IMG/VR virus record: IMGVR_UViG_3300042691_034458
Span: 53,468 to 73,467 of that record
Origin: an uncultured virus (IMG/VR IMGVR_UViG_3300042691_034458)
Taxonomy: Duplodnaviria; Heunggongvirae; Uroviricota; Caudoviricetes
Reading direction: 5' to 3' (one strand)
DNA length: 20,000 bases
The first letter of the stretch is position 1. Each line of letters opens with the position of its first letter. Both the position numbers and the translations under genes were made by a program. The notes beneath the pieces were generated by a model. The model was not told where the DNA came from. It ran no database searches and saw only the letters and a program-made list of their open reading frames with translations. Shown here piece after piece: positions 7,836 to 16,182 of this stretch.

Positions 7836-9104
7836 ATGGCTAATAAAAAAATTAGTAACTTACCTGAGTATAACACACCACAACCAAATGATGTGTTACC
7901 AATTGTTAATGTTGCTAATAGCGTAACACAAAAAGTACTATTTTCAGCAATTAGTCAAACAATAACATCAGGATTAGTTGATGTTTTTGTGACTGGTGGT
8001 ACTTATTCAGCTGGAACAGCAACATTTATAAATAATACTGGCGGAACGTTTAGTGTTAGTGGCTTTACCGATAGTCAAGCAGGTTCCTCAGGAACATCAG
8101 GGACAAGTGGCTCATCTGGCTCTAGCGGAACATCAGGGATAAGCGGCTCTTCAGGAAGTTCTGGAACATCTGGTACAAGTGGTTCATCAGGAAGTTCTGG
8201 TACAAGTGGTTCATCTGGTAGTTCAGGAACATCTGGAACAAGTGGTTCATCAGGAAGTTCTGGTACAAGTGGTTCGTCAGGTTCTTCAGGAACAAGTGGT
8301 TCATCTGGTAGTTCAGGAACATCTGGAACAAGTGGTTCATCAGGAAGTTCTGGTACAAGTGGTTCGTCAGGAAGTTCTGGTACAAGTGGTTCGTCAGGTT
8401 CTTCAGGAACAAGTGGTTCATCAGGAAGTTCTGGTTCTTCAGGTACAAGTGGAATAAATGGTTCTTCTGGAACATCAGGAACAAGTGGTTCATCTGGTAG
8501 TTCAGGAACATCTGGAACAAGTGGTTCATCAGGAAGTTCTGGTACAAGTGGTTCATCAGGAAATTCTGGTTCTTCAGGAACAAGTGGTTCATCTGGTAGT
8601 TCAGGAACATCAGGAACAAGTGGTTCATCAGGAAGTTCTGGCACAAGTGGTTCGTCAGGTTCTTCAGGAACAAGTGGTTCATCTGGTAGTTCAGGAACAT
8701 CTGGAACAAGTGGTTCATCAGGAAGTTCTGGTACAAGTGGTTCGTCAGGTTCTTCTGGTACAAGTGGTTCATCAGGAAGTTCTGGTTCTTCAGGTACAAG
8801 TGGAATAAATGGTTCTTCTGGAACATCTGGTACAAGTGGTTCTTCAGGAAGTTCTGGTACAAGTGGTTCATCAGGTTCTAGCGGAACATCTGGCACAAGT
8901 GGTTCTTCAGGAAGTTCAAGTGTTACTAATTTTCCGGTAACTTTTAATAATTCTGGAAGTGGAAATGCATCTGGGGTTAATTTTGATGGTTCTGTTGCAC
9001 GAACTGTTAGTTTTAATACAATAGGTGCAAATAAAGTAATAACCTCTGGTACCGCTGCTCCGACCGGAGGTAATGATGGAGACATCTATTTACAATTTAC
9101 ATAA
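7836..9104 (+). CDS. Putative fibre protein with collagen-like Gly-Ser/Thr-Ser repeat
   Basis: N-terminal KKISNLP...DVLPIV and VTGGTY segments, a central 279-aa Gly-X-Y run, and a C-terminal GTAAPTGGNDGDIYLQF motif typical of phage fibre proteins. Confidence 0.7.
   Translation: MANKKISNLPEYNTPQPNDVLPIVNVANSVTQKVLFSAISQTITSGLVDVFVTGGTYSAGTATFINNTGGTFSVSGFTDSQAGSSGTSGTSGSSGSSGTSGISGSSGSSGTSGTSGSSGSSGTSGSSGSSGTSGTSGSSGSSGTSGSSGSSGTSGSSGSSGTSGTSGSSGSSGTSGSSGSSGTSGSSGSSGTSGSSGSSGSSGTSGINGSSGTSGTSGSSGSSGTSGTSGSSGSSGTSGSSGNSGSSGTSGSSGSSGTSGTSGSSGSSGTSGSSGSSGTSGSSGSSGTSGTSGSSGSSGTSGSSGSSGTSGSSGSSGSSGTSGINGSSGTSGTSGSSGSSGTSGSSGSSGTSGTSGSSGSSSVTNFPVTFNNSGSGNASGVNFDGSVARTVSFNTIGANKVITSGTAAPTGGNDGDIYLQFT
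8082..8918 (+). repeat. Coding tandem repeat, 9-bp unit x93 (GSS/GTS triplets) with higher-order duplications
   Basis: 837 nt from GGT at 8082 to TCA at 8918 with Gly at every third codon. The variant GGAATAAATGGTTCTTCTGGAACATC recurs at 8451 and 8802, 351 nt apart. Confidence 0.95.
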
Positions 9105-9113
9105 TCGCTCAAT

Positions 9114-9293
9114 ATGATTAAAATAGAAAAAAATACAGAAGTAGAATCAAACATAAACTACATAACTTGTGAAAGTGGGGAATTTAACGATACCGATTTA
9201 GTTAAGTGTAGACTTAAAACCAAACTTTCAGAAAACACCGTTATGTTTCTAGTATCACAAATAAAAAACACAACCAATGAAAGTAGCATTTGA
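9114..9293 (+). CDS. Small hypothetical protein (59 aa), below the ORF-track cutoff
   Basis: ATG 9114 to TGA 9291-9293: MIKIEKNTEVESNINYITCESGEFNDTDLVKCRLKTKTSENTVMFLVSQIKNTTNESSI. Fills the gap 9 nt after the upstream stop and overlaps the next start by 17 nt. Confidence 0.6.
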   Translation: MIKIEKNTEVESNINYITCESGEFNDTDLVKCRLKTKLSENTVMFLVSQIKNTTNESSI

Positions 9294-11418
9294 ACAGATA
9301 TTTAATGGGTCGCTAGACCAAGTTGCAATAGGTGGTGCTTATGACGCAACAAAAATAAACAGAGGTAAGCATACAGGACAATTCAATCTTGGAGCAAACG
9401 CGATTGATAAATTCGTAGGTCCAGCACCTGTTGGTGTTGCTAACTTCGGTCAATCATCATTAGCTATACCCTCTCAGTTTGTTCATCCAGTCAAAATAAC
9501 AGACGATTTATTTTGGATTTTTGGTGCGGATGTTGCTAGTGCAGGAGCTACACGTAGAGTCCAATTATGGACTTTTGTCCCTTCTACCAATACGTACACT
9601 TTTATAGGCGCAATTACTTGTACATTTCCTACCGCTACTGCTCATACAGTAAGAGGCATTCGTGTTATTCTTGAAAACTACACAACAGGTACAGTAGGTG
9701 TAAGCGGTACGGCAGTAACAGGTTCGGGAACCACTTGGAATACAGACAGACTTTCTGTAGGTTCACGCATAGGGTTTGGTTCTACCAATCCTAATAATAT
9801 TACACAGTGGTTTCAAATATCTGCTATTGGTTCTGATACAACAATCACGTTGACAACTTCAGCAGGAACAGTAGCATCAGGGACACCTTATGTCATTCAG
9901 GATTTAATGATTGTGCAAGCTACAACCAACGCAACTGTTACTAATGGTGGATTGTTTGTGACAAAAGGGTTACAATATGGCGATTTCCAAAATCCAGCAA
10001 TAGTCATTCCTGCTGCTACTACCGTTGATAGGATAAAGGCGGTGTATTGGTTGAAAGATGCGGCCACTATAACGAATGACGTTATTGGTGGATGTGCCTT
10101 AGGAGATAGAGATAGTTGGACTCAACAATACATCTATTCTACTGAAGGTGCATCAACTACATTAGCGATTTACCGATATAACATTAGAGCGGCTCTTACT
10201 CCAAGTGCGGGTGCATTTACACTTACTGGGACAGATATTGTTATTACGGGAAACCAAGCAGTAACGGGTAACATTTCTCAGTTTAACAATGGTAGAGTGG
10301 CTACATTGCAACACGGAGCGGGCAGTGGTGTTCCTTCTTTATACCTATTCACTACTACTCGTATTATTCGTGTTCCTATTTCAAACATAACAGCAGGTAA
10401 CACTTCCTTTGTTGCAGATACTATGAGCGAAGTCGTTCCGGGCGGTACTGAAACAAATGTTGCTATTGGCACATTTGCTACATTTGATGTTGCTCAATCA
10501 ATGGATAAACTTGTTATCGCTGGGGGGGCAGGCACAGTATCATTGTACATCACCGATTATTACACAGGGGGTCAGCAAATGGATAGGAGATCAAATATCA
10601 TATCAACACAAATGGTTTCATCACTGCGTGACGTTGACAGTCCAATTTATGTTCACCAAATTCCAAGCCAAGCGCCTTCTGTTTGGGTTGAAGATGGATG
10701 GTTATTTTGGATGTATGGTACGACCACAACAACTAATACAAATGCTTTAAGTGTATATCCACTTGCAGCAGATTTGGATTTTCAAGCTGAAGTAAACAAC
10801 AGGATAATACTACCTAAAATAACATTGGGTGCTACACCCGCAAAATTATACAGAGTTGCTACCACCAGTATGGGAAATGTAGGCGATGTTACAATGGGCG
10901 TATCGCCTGATTTTTACAGAATTCAGGTTCGCACATCAGGTATTGATAACAATAGTGGAGGATGGACTGATATATCACAAGACGGTGATTTATCAGGACT
11001 TGGCACACCTTCAACTATCCAATTTGCTTTGCAGTTTAGAACTGCGGGTGTAATTATGTTACCTGCAAGGGTTTTAAGTTTGGCTTTATTGTACGAAACT
11101 GACGATGCTCTACCTTCTCAATATCGTTGGAATTACGCCGATTTCAACACTTCTAACGGAACATTTGCGTGGGTTCAAGCAATTCTTTTTGGAACGACGA
11201 TTGGAACACACACCATCAACATTTATCGTGCCGATACGGATGCCTTGGTGCTTACACAAGCAAGCACATCAACTACCAATGGTACATTCGAGAATTGGGA
11301 TGGTAGTGCGTGGGTAGCTGGTTTAGGTGCCGATACTGTAGGAAGAAGGAGAAGGTTTGTTCCTTCAGGTTCATTACCCGGATCAGTTGATTTATATGCT
11401 AAAATAACAATTGCTTAA
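9277..11418 (+). CDS. Putative tail/receptor-binding structural protein (Thr/Gly/Ala-rich, beta-rich)
   Basis: Contains GTVGVSGTAVTGSGTTW...GSRIGFG...ISAIGSDTTITL, a small module I recognise from phage tail spike/fibre proteins. Composition and position fit a virion protein. Confidence 0.6.
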   Translation: MKVAFEQIFNGSLDQVAIGGAYDATKINRGKHTGQFNLGANAIDKFVGPAPVGVANFGQSSLAIPSQFVHPVKITDDLFWIFGADVASAGATRRVQLWTFVPSTNTYTFIGAITCTFPTATAHTVRGIRVILENYTTGTVGVSGTAVTGSGTTWNTDRLSVGSRIGFGSTNPNNITQWFQISAIGSDTTITLTTSAGTVASGTPYVIQDLMIVQATTNATVTNGGLFVTKGLQYGDFQNPAIVIPAATTVDRIKAVYWLKDAATITNDVIGGCALGDRDSWTQQYIYSTEGASTTLAIYRYNIRAALTPSAGAFTLTGTDIVITGNQAVTGNISQFNNGRVATLQHGAGSGVPSLYLFTTTRIIRVPISNITAGNTSFVADTMSEVVPGGTETNVAIGTFATFDVAQSMDKLVIAGGAGTVSLYITDYYTGGQQMDRRSNIISTQMVSSLRDVDSPIYVHQIPSQAPSVWVEDGWLFWMYGTTTTTNTNALSVYPLAADLDFQAEVNNRIILPKITLGATPAKLYRVATTSMGNVGDVTMGVSPDFYRIQVRTSGIDNNSGGWTDISQDGDLSGLGTPSTIQFALQFRTAGVIMLPARVLSLALLYETDDALPSQYRWNYADFNTSNGTFAWVQAILFGTTIGTHTINIYRADTDALVLTQASTSTTNGTFENWDGSAWVAGLGADTVGRRRRFVPSGSLPGSVDLYAKITIA

Positions 11419-11720
11419 TGAGTTTACAATTAACATTCGGTGGAGCAGAGACTGTTCTGGTACGAGATACCGGAACAGCTAATGCTGTGCAAGGATTTGT
11501 TAGTGAAGAAATTGTTGTTTCTAAGAACGTAACTGCACTACCTACCAACTTTTTATTCCAATTATATGAATACATTCAGGCTCCACTAGTATCAATAACG
11601 GGTACAGTTGCTTGGATAAAAGTAAGTGGAGTTTGGAAGCAAGCCATAGTATGGTTAAAGGTAGGTGGTGTTTGGAAGATAACAACCCCGTTTATTAAAG
11701 TAAGTGGAGTTTGGAAGTGA
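11418..11720 (+). CDS. Small tail-associated protein with 3x KV(S/G)GVWK repeat
   Basis: C-terminus WIKVSGVWKQAIVWLKVGGVWKITTPFIKVSGVWK; TAATG coupling with the upstream gene. Confidence 0.6.
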   Translation: MSLQLTFGGAETVLVRDTGTANAVQGFVSEEIVVSKNVTALPTNFLFQLYEYIQAPLVSITGTVAWIKVSGVWKQAIVWLKVGGVWKITTPFIKVSGVWK

Positions 11721-11723
11721 TTA

Positions 11724-11752
11724 TTGACAATACTAATCATAATTCTTATTTT
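11724..11752 (+). promoter_or_regulatory. Sigma70-like promoter for the DNA polymerase gene
   Basis: TTGACA (11724-11729), 17-nt spacer, TATTTT (11747-11752), in the 93-nt intergenic gap. Confidence 0.55.
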
Positions 11753-11813
11753 TAAGAAAAAGGTAAATGTCATTATGTATGACAGCAAATAAACCACTTA
11801 AATTTATAAACTT

Positions 11814-14687
11814 ATGATTAGTCAAGAAGAAATTAAGTCCTTTTTGGAAGGAAGTGACCCAGAAGAGTTTATTGTATCCGTAGAGTTCGATTACGTATCA
11901 AATTCGATTTTTAAAGTCAAAGAATTACCTAATGGAGATAAAAAAATACTCCAAGATAGATTTACCCCATTTGCGTGGGTTGGTGATTTAAAAGGTTTAA
12001 ATTTTTATGAGAACTCAAAACAAAAACAAAAAGAAGCAATAAATAAACATGGTATTGTTATTGAGAAATTAAGAACTGATAGTAACCAGAGGCTTGAAAA
12101 TGGTTTAAATTTTATTGTTAAATCATTAAAAGGTTACAGACAGTTAAAACAATTTTTTAGTGAAGGTGGTTTAGATATTTGGGGTTCAGCTAAAGATAAG
12201 GTTCTTATGTTATCTCCAGTAGAACAATACTTAATCTCAAAAGAAAAAAGACTATTTAAAGGGTTTGATGAATATAATGATATTACTAGACTAGTATTTG
12301 ACTTAGAAACAACATCACTCGAACCAAAAGACGGTAGAATCTTTATGATTGGTATAAAGACCAATAAAGGTTTTCATAAGGTTATTGAGTGTTCTGATGA
12401 TGACGCGGAGAGAAAAGCTATTTTAGAATTTTTTAAAACAATTGACGATATAAAACCAACAATTATTGCTGGATATAACTCAGCAAACTTCGATTGGAAC
12501 TGGATATTTGAGCGTTGCAAGATTTTAGGAATAGATATTAAGCAATATTGTAAGACCTTACATACTAAAGTTAGTATTACAAAAAATGAACAAGTTTTAA
12601 AGCTTGGAAATGAAGTTGAGCGTTACAGTCAGGTAACAATGTGGGGTTATAATGTTATTGATATTATTCACTCTGTTAGACGAGCACAAGCAATTAATTC
12701 AGGTATTAAATCTGCGGGTCTTAAATATATAACAAAATATATTCAAGCAGAAGCAAAAGACCGTGTTTATATCGACCATGACAAAATTGGACCAATGTAT
12801 AAAAATAATGAAGAATATTGGTTAAATATAACAAATGGTCGGTATAGAAAAGCGGACAATCCTGAATTTAGTGATTTGGATAAGAAATTTCCGGATGTTT
12901 ATATAAAGACAAATGGTGTTGATATTGTTGAGCGGTATCTAGATGATGACTTGGAAGAAACCCTTAAGGTTGACGATGAATTTAATCAAGGTTCATTTTT
13001 GCTAGCATCATTGGTACCGACCACTTATGAAAGAATTTCTACAATGGGTACAGCTTCCTTATGGAAAATGATTATGCTTGCGTGGTCATATAAACATAAA
13101 TTAGCAATACCTCAAAAAAATAGTAAACAAGATTTTGTTGGTGGTCTATCGAGACTACTTACGGTAGGCTACTCAAATGATGTGTTAAAACTAGACTATT
13201 CTTCGCTTTATCCATCAATTCAGTTGACGCATGATATTTTTCCTGATTGTGATATTACAGGTGTTATGAAAGGTCTTCTATCTTATTTTAGAGATGCTAG
13301 AATTCTATATAAGAATTTAGCTAGCGAACTAGCAGAAACAGACCCAAAAAAATCAAAATCTTATGATAGAAAACAACTCCCAATTAAGATATTCATCAAC
13401 TCAATGTTTGGCGCATTAAGTGCTCCGCAAGTGTTCCAATGGGGTGATATGGACAAAGGAGAACAGATTACTTGTACCGGTAGACAATACTTGCGACAAA
13501 TGATAAAATTCTTCACAAAAAGAGGATATAAAATTCTAGTATTGGATACTGACGGTTGCAATTTTAGTTTACCTGAAGGTGTTGAATCAAAAAAATATGT
13601 TGGGAAAGGTCTAAACTGGAAAGTTAAAAAGGACAAAGAATATGTCGGCTATGATGCTGATGTTGCTGAATTTAATGACACTTTTATGTCAGGTCCAATG
13701 GCTTTAGATTGTGATGGTACATGGGTTTCTTGTATAAACTTATCAAGAAAGAACTACGCTACTTTGGATGGTAAGGGAAAAATTAAATTGACCGGAAATA
13801 CAATTAAAAGTAAAAAACTTCCCCTATATATTGAAGGATTCTTGGATATCGGAATTAAATTACTCTTAGAAGGTAAGGGACAAGAATTTGTTGAGTATTA
13901 TTATGAATATTTAGGAAAAATCTATAACAAAGAAATCCCACTTTCTAAAATTGCGCAACGAGCTAAAGTAAAATTATCGATTGAGGAATATATTGAACGT
14001 TCCAAAAAGAAGACAAAATCAGGTGGGGCGATGAGTAGAATGGCACACATGGAATTAGCAATAAAGCATGGTTTAAATGTTAATTTAGGTGATGTTATTT
14101 ATTATGTTAATAATGGGGTTAAAGCATCCGATGGTGATGTTCAAAAAGTCTCTAAAACCGGAATTAAAGAGAATCCGACAAAGGATGATATGAAAAAATA
14201 TATATCTAAGAATGGTTGGACTGAAGGTCATGGTACGGATAATTGGTTACCGCCCGGAAATAATAATGATTGGTCTTCTGTTAGTTTAGAAGAGGTGTAT
14301 GAAACAGCAATTAAAACGGATGTTAAAATAAATTGTTATTTATTAGACCCAAAAACATTAGAGCAAAACGAGAATTTAACCGGTGAATACAACGCAGCTA
14401 GAGCAATAACAACATTTAACAAACGAATCGAACCTCTATTGATTGTTTTTGATGATGAAGTTAGAAATAATCTATTGGTTGATAATCCGGAAAAACGTGG
14501 ATTATTCACTAGAGCACAATGTGAGTTAATTAATGGTAAACCTTTTGAAGAAGGGGACCAAGATACTATCGAGGAGTTGTTGACAATAAGTGATGGGGAA
14601 ATTAAATTCTGGAATAAAGTTAATATGGACCCGAATTATATCTATAAATTAGCTCAACCGGGGTGGGAAGAAAAAATATCAACTTAA
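11814..14687 (+). CDS. polB: Family B DNA polymerase with 3'-5' exonuclease domain
   Basis: Exonuclease motifs FDLETT, GYNSANFDW and YLDDD. Polymerase motifs LDYSSLYPSI (A), KIFINSMFG (B), LDTDG (C) and KNYA. Confidence 0.95.
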   Translation: MISQEEIKSFLEGSDPEEFIVSVEFDYVSNSIFKVKELPNGDKKILQDRFTPFAWVGDLKGLNFYENSKQKQKEAINKHGIVIEKLRTDSNQRLENGLNFIVKSLKGYRQLKQFFSEGGLDIWGSAKDKVLMLSPVEQYLISKEKRLFKGFDEYNDITRLVFDLETTSLEPKDGRIFMIGIKTNKGFHKVIECSDDDAERKAILEFFKTIDDIKPTIIAGYNSANFDWNWIFERCKILGIDIKQYCKTLHTKVSITKNEQVLKLGNEVERYSQVTMWGYNVIDIIHSVRRAQAINSGIKSAGLKYITKYIQAEAKDRVYIDHDKIGPMYKNNEEYWLNITNGRYRKADNPEFSDLDKKFPDVYIKTNGVDIVERYLDDDLEETLKVDDEFNQGSFLLASLVPTTYERISTMGTASLWKMIMLAWSYKHKLAIPQKNSKQDFVGGLSRLLTVGYSNDVLKLDYSSLYPSIQLTHDIFPDCDITGVMKGLLSYFRDARILYKNLASELAETDPKKSKSYDRKQLPIKIFINSMFGALSAPQVFQWGDMDKGEQITCTGRQYLRQMIKFFTKRGYKILVLDTDGCNFSLPEGVESKKYVGKGLNWKVKKDKEYVGYDADVAEFNDTFMSGPMALDCDGTWVSCINLSRKNYATLDGKGKIKLTGNTIKSKKLPLYIEGFLDIGIKLLLEGKGQEFVEYYYEYLGKIYNKEIPLSKIAQRAKVKLSIEEYIERSKKKTKSGGAMSRMAHMELAIKHGLNVNLGDVIYYVNNGVKASDGDVQKVSKTGIKENPTKDDMKKYISKNGWTEGHGTDNWLPPGNNNDWSSVSLEEVYETAIKTDVKINCYLLDPKTLEQNENLTGEYNAARAITTFNKRIEPLLIVFDDEVRNNLLVDNPEKRGLFTRAQCELINGKPFEEGDQDTIEELLTISDGEIKFWNKVNMDPNYIYKLAQPGWEEKIST

Positions 14688-15014
14688 TTTTAAACCATCG
14701 GATGACATAATATACCAGTTATTCATCACTAATCTAAATTCAACACAAGCACCCTTTTCAATATTAATTTCATCATATTCCTCATCTATGGAATTATTAT
14801 CTGGTATAATTATCACGCTAGTTAGTGCTTTAATTGTTATGTGTTCAGTTGTTTTTGAATCTAATTTTATTTTACACAAAGGAACATCTTTAACAACAAT
14901 AAATGATTCACCATGCGTATTATATTGATTTTCAGATATAATAGCAGTTTCTGATACGGTCATAACCGTATTATGTATAACTTTATTTACAGGTATACTT
15001 TTGAATATTGACAT
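14679..15014 (-). CDS. Hypothetical protein, possibly small virion protein
   Basis: 111-aa ORF 11 nt downstream of the neck gene on the same strand; its 3' end overlaps the convergent polymerase gene by 9 nt. Confidence 0.65.
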   Translation of the reverse strand: MSIFKSIPVNKVIHNTVMTVSETAIISENQYNTHGESFIVVKDVPLCKIKLDSKTTEHITIKALTSVIIIPDNNSIDEEYDEINIEKGACVEFRLVMNNWYIMSSDGLKLS

Positions 15015-15025
15015 ATTAAAATATA

Positions 15026-16141
15026 TTAAATACTTAAAATAGGTACAGGGAATGCGCGGAATTTTAATTCTTTATTCAAATTCTCCGCTACCTGTGCTGC
15101 TTTTTCCATCACTTTTTCGGGTCTTAATCTTTCCAATCTTAATTTAAGCTCTTCCTCTAATTTAGATTTTTCATCTTTAGCTTCAGTTAATAAACTCTGA
15201 TAATCCATTGTTAATTCACTGTCTGGGGTCTTTAAATTACCACTAAATTTACCTCTAACTCTACCACCTAAAACTTCTTTACAGTAAGCAACAAACCACC
15301 GTCTAACCCATTGTTGTGCTGGATTATTTAAATCACCCCAAGACAATTCCTCTAACGGAACATCTGAAGGTAATTTTACAATATCTGGATTAGCTTTTAA
15401 ACAAGCGTCTCTATCAGCACCTTCGACTTCGTAATACCAATACCAAACTCTGAATCTATTAACCGTGGAATTACCAAAATCAAATCTACCGCCCGGAGTA
15501 TTATATAAGTGAACTAATCTTTTACCGTCAGGCGCTGCGGTAATCCTATATGTTAAATCACCTTGGAAAAGTCTATTTTTAATGTTAATATCTTGTAGTC
15601 TCATTAGGATGTCAAATCCCGGAGTCATGAAGTAATTACCTACAGCCCCTAATTGAGCATAACCACCGGGACCACCAAGACCGGGACCGCCCATAAATCC
15701 AAATGACCAAGGATCAAATAGAACGTTATTCATTTCTGCGGTAGTAAACCAAAGCAATTCATTTATTTCTCTACCAGCAGGAATTTCATAAATTTGTTGA
15801 TTTTTAACCAAATCGAAATAGTCTTTCTTTAAAACACTATCACCACCAGCTTGTAATCCAACAATTTTAGAATATGCATAAGTATATTGCGTTTCATAAT
15901 TCATGCTTCTGGTAATCAAAGCCTTAGCAACAGACTGTTGGTCCATATTTAAACCAGCAAGAGTGGTCCACTGTGACTCAATCAACCAATCTTGTACATA
16001 CTGAGAATAATCATTTATTGAGAATTCTAAAAAAGAATCCATCATTTCATCTTCTAATTCAACAGCACGAATTGGTGCTCCTAAAAGATGTCTAATTTTA
16101 GTATATAAACTACTTCTTTCTGGTTCTTGTATTATTGCCAT
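15026..16141 (-). CDS. Neck protein, T4 gp13-like head-tail adaptor
   Basis: N-terminal LLGAPIRAVELEDEMMD and C-terminal WVRRW...CKEVLG...MDYQSLLTEAKDEKSKLEEEL parallel the T4 gp13 terminal motifs. ATG at 16141 (MAIIQEP) is preferred over the TTG at 16162, which abuts the TATTTAT motif. Confidence 0.8.
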   Translation of the reverse strand: MAIIQEPERSSLYTKIRHLLGAPIRAVELEDEMMDSFLEFSINDYSQYVQDWLIESQWTTLAGLNMDQQSVAKALITRSMNYETQYTYAYSKIVGLQAGGDSVLKKDYFDLVKNQQIYEIPAGREINELLWFTTAEMNNVLFDPWSFGFMGGPGLGGPGGYAQLGAVGNYFMTPGFDILMRLQDINIKNRLFQGDLTYRITAAPDGKRLVHLYNTPGGRFDFGNSTVNRFRVWYWYYEVEGADRDACLKANPDIVKLPSDVPLEELSWGDLNNPAQQWVRRWFVAYCKEVLGGRVRGKFSGNLKTPDSELTMDYQSLLTEAKDEKSKLEEELKLRLERLRPEKVMEKAAQVAENLNKELKFRAFPVPILSI

Positions 16142-16161
16142 CTTAATTGGTATTTCTACCA

Positions 16162-16168
16162 ATAAATA
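16162..16168 (-). promoter_or_regulatory. TATTTAT motif, putative late promoter
   Basis: ATAAATA on the + strand, 20 nt upstream of the neck gene ATG at 16141. Confidence 0.45.
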
Positions 16169-16182
16169 TCATAATAAAAGAA

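Noticed and set aside
8075..9085. Long antisense and alternate-frame ORFs (336, 249, 92 and 116 aa) over the repeat
   Set aside because: Shadows of the stop-poor 9-bp repeat. The + strand Gly-X-Y frame has meaningful termini and operon context.
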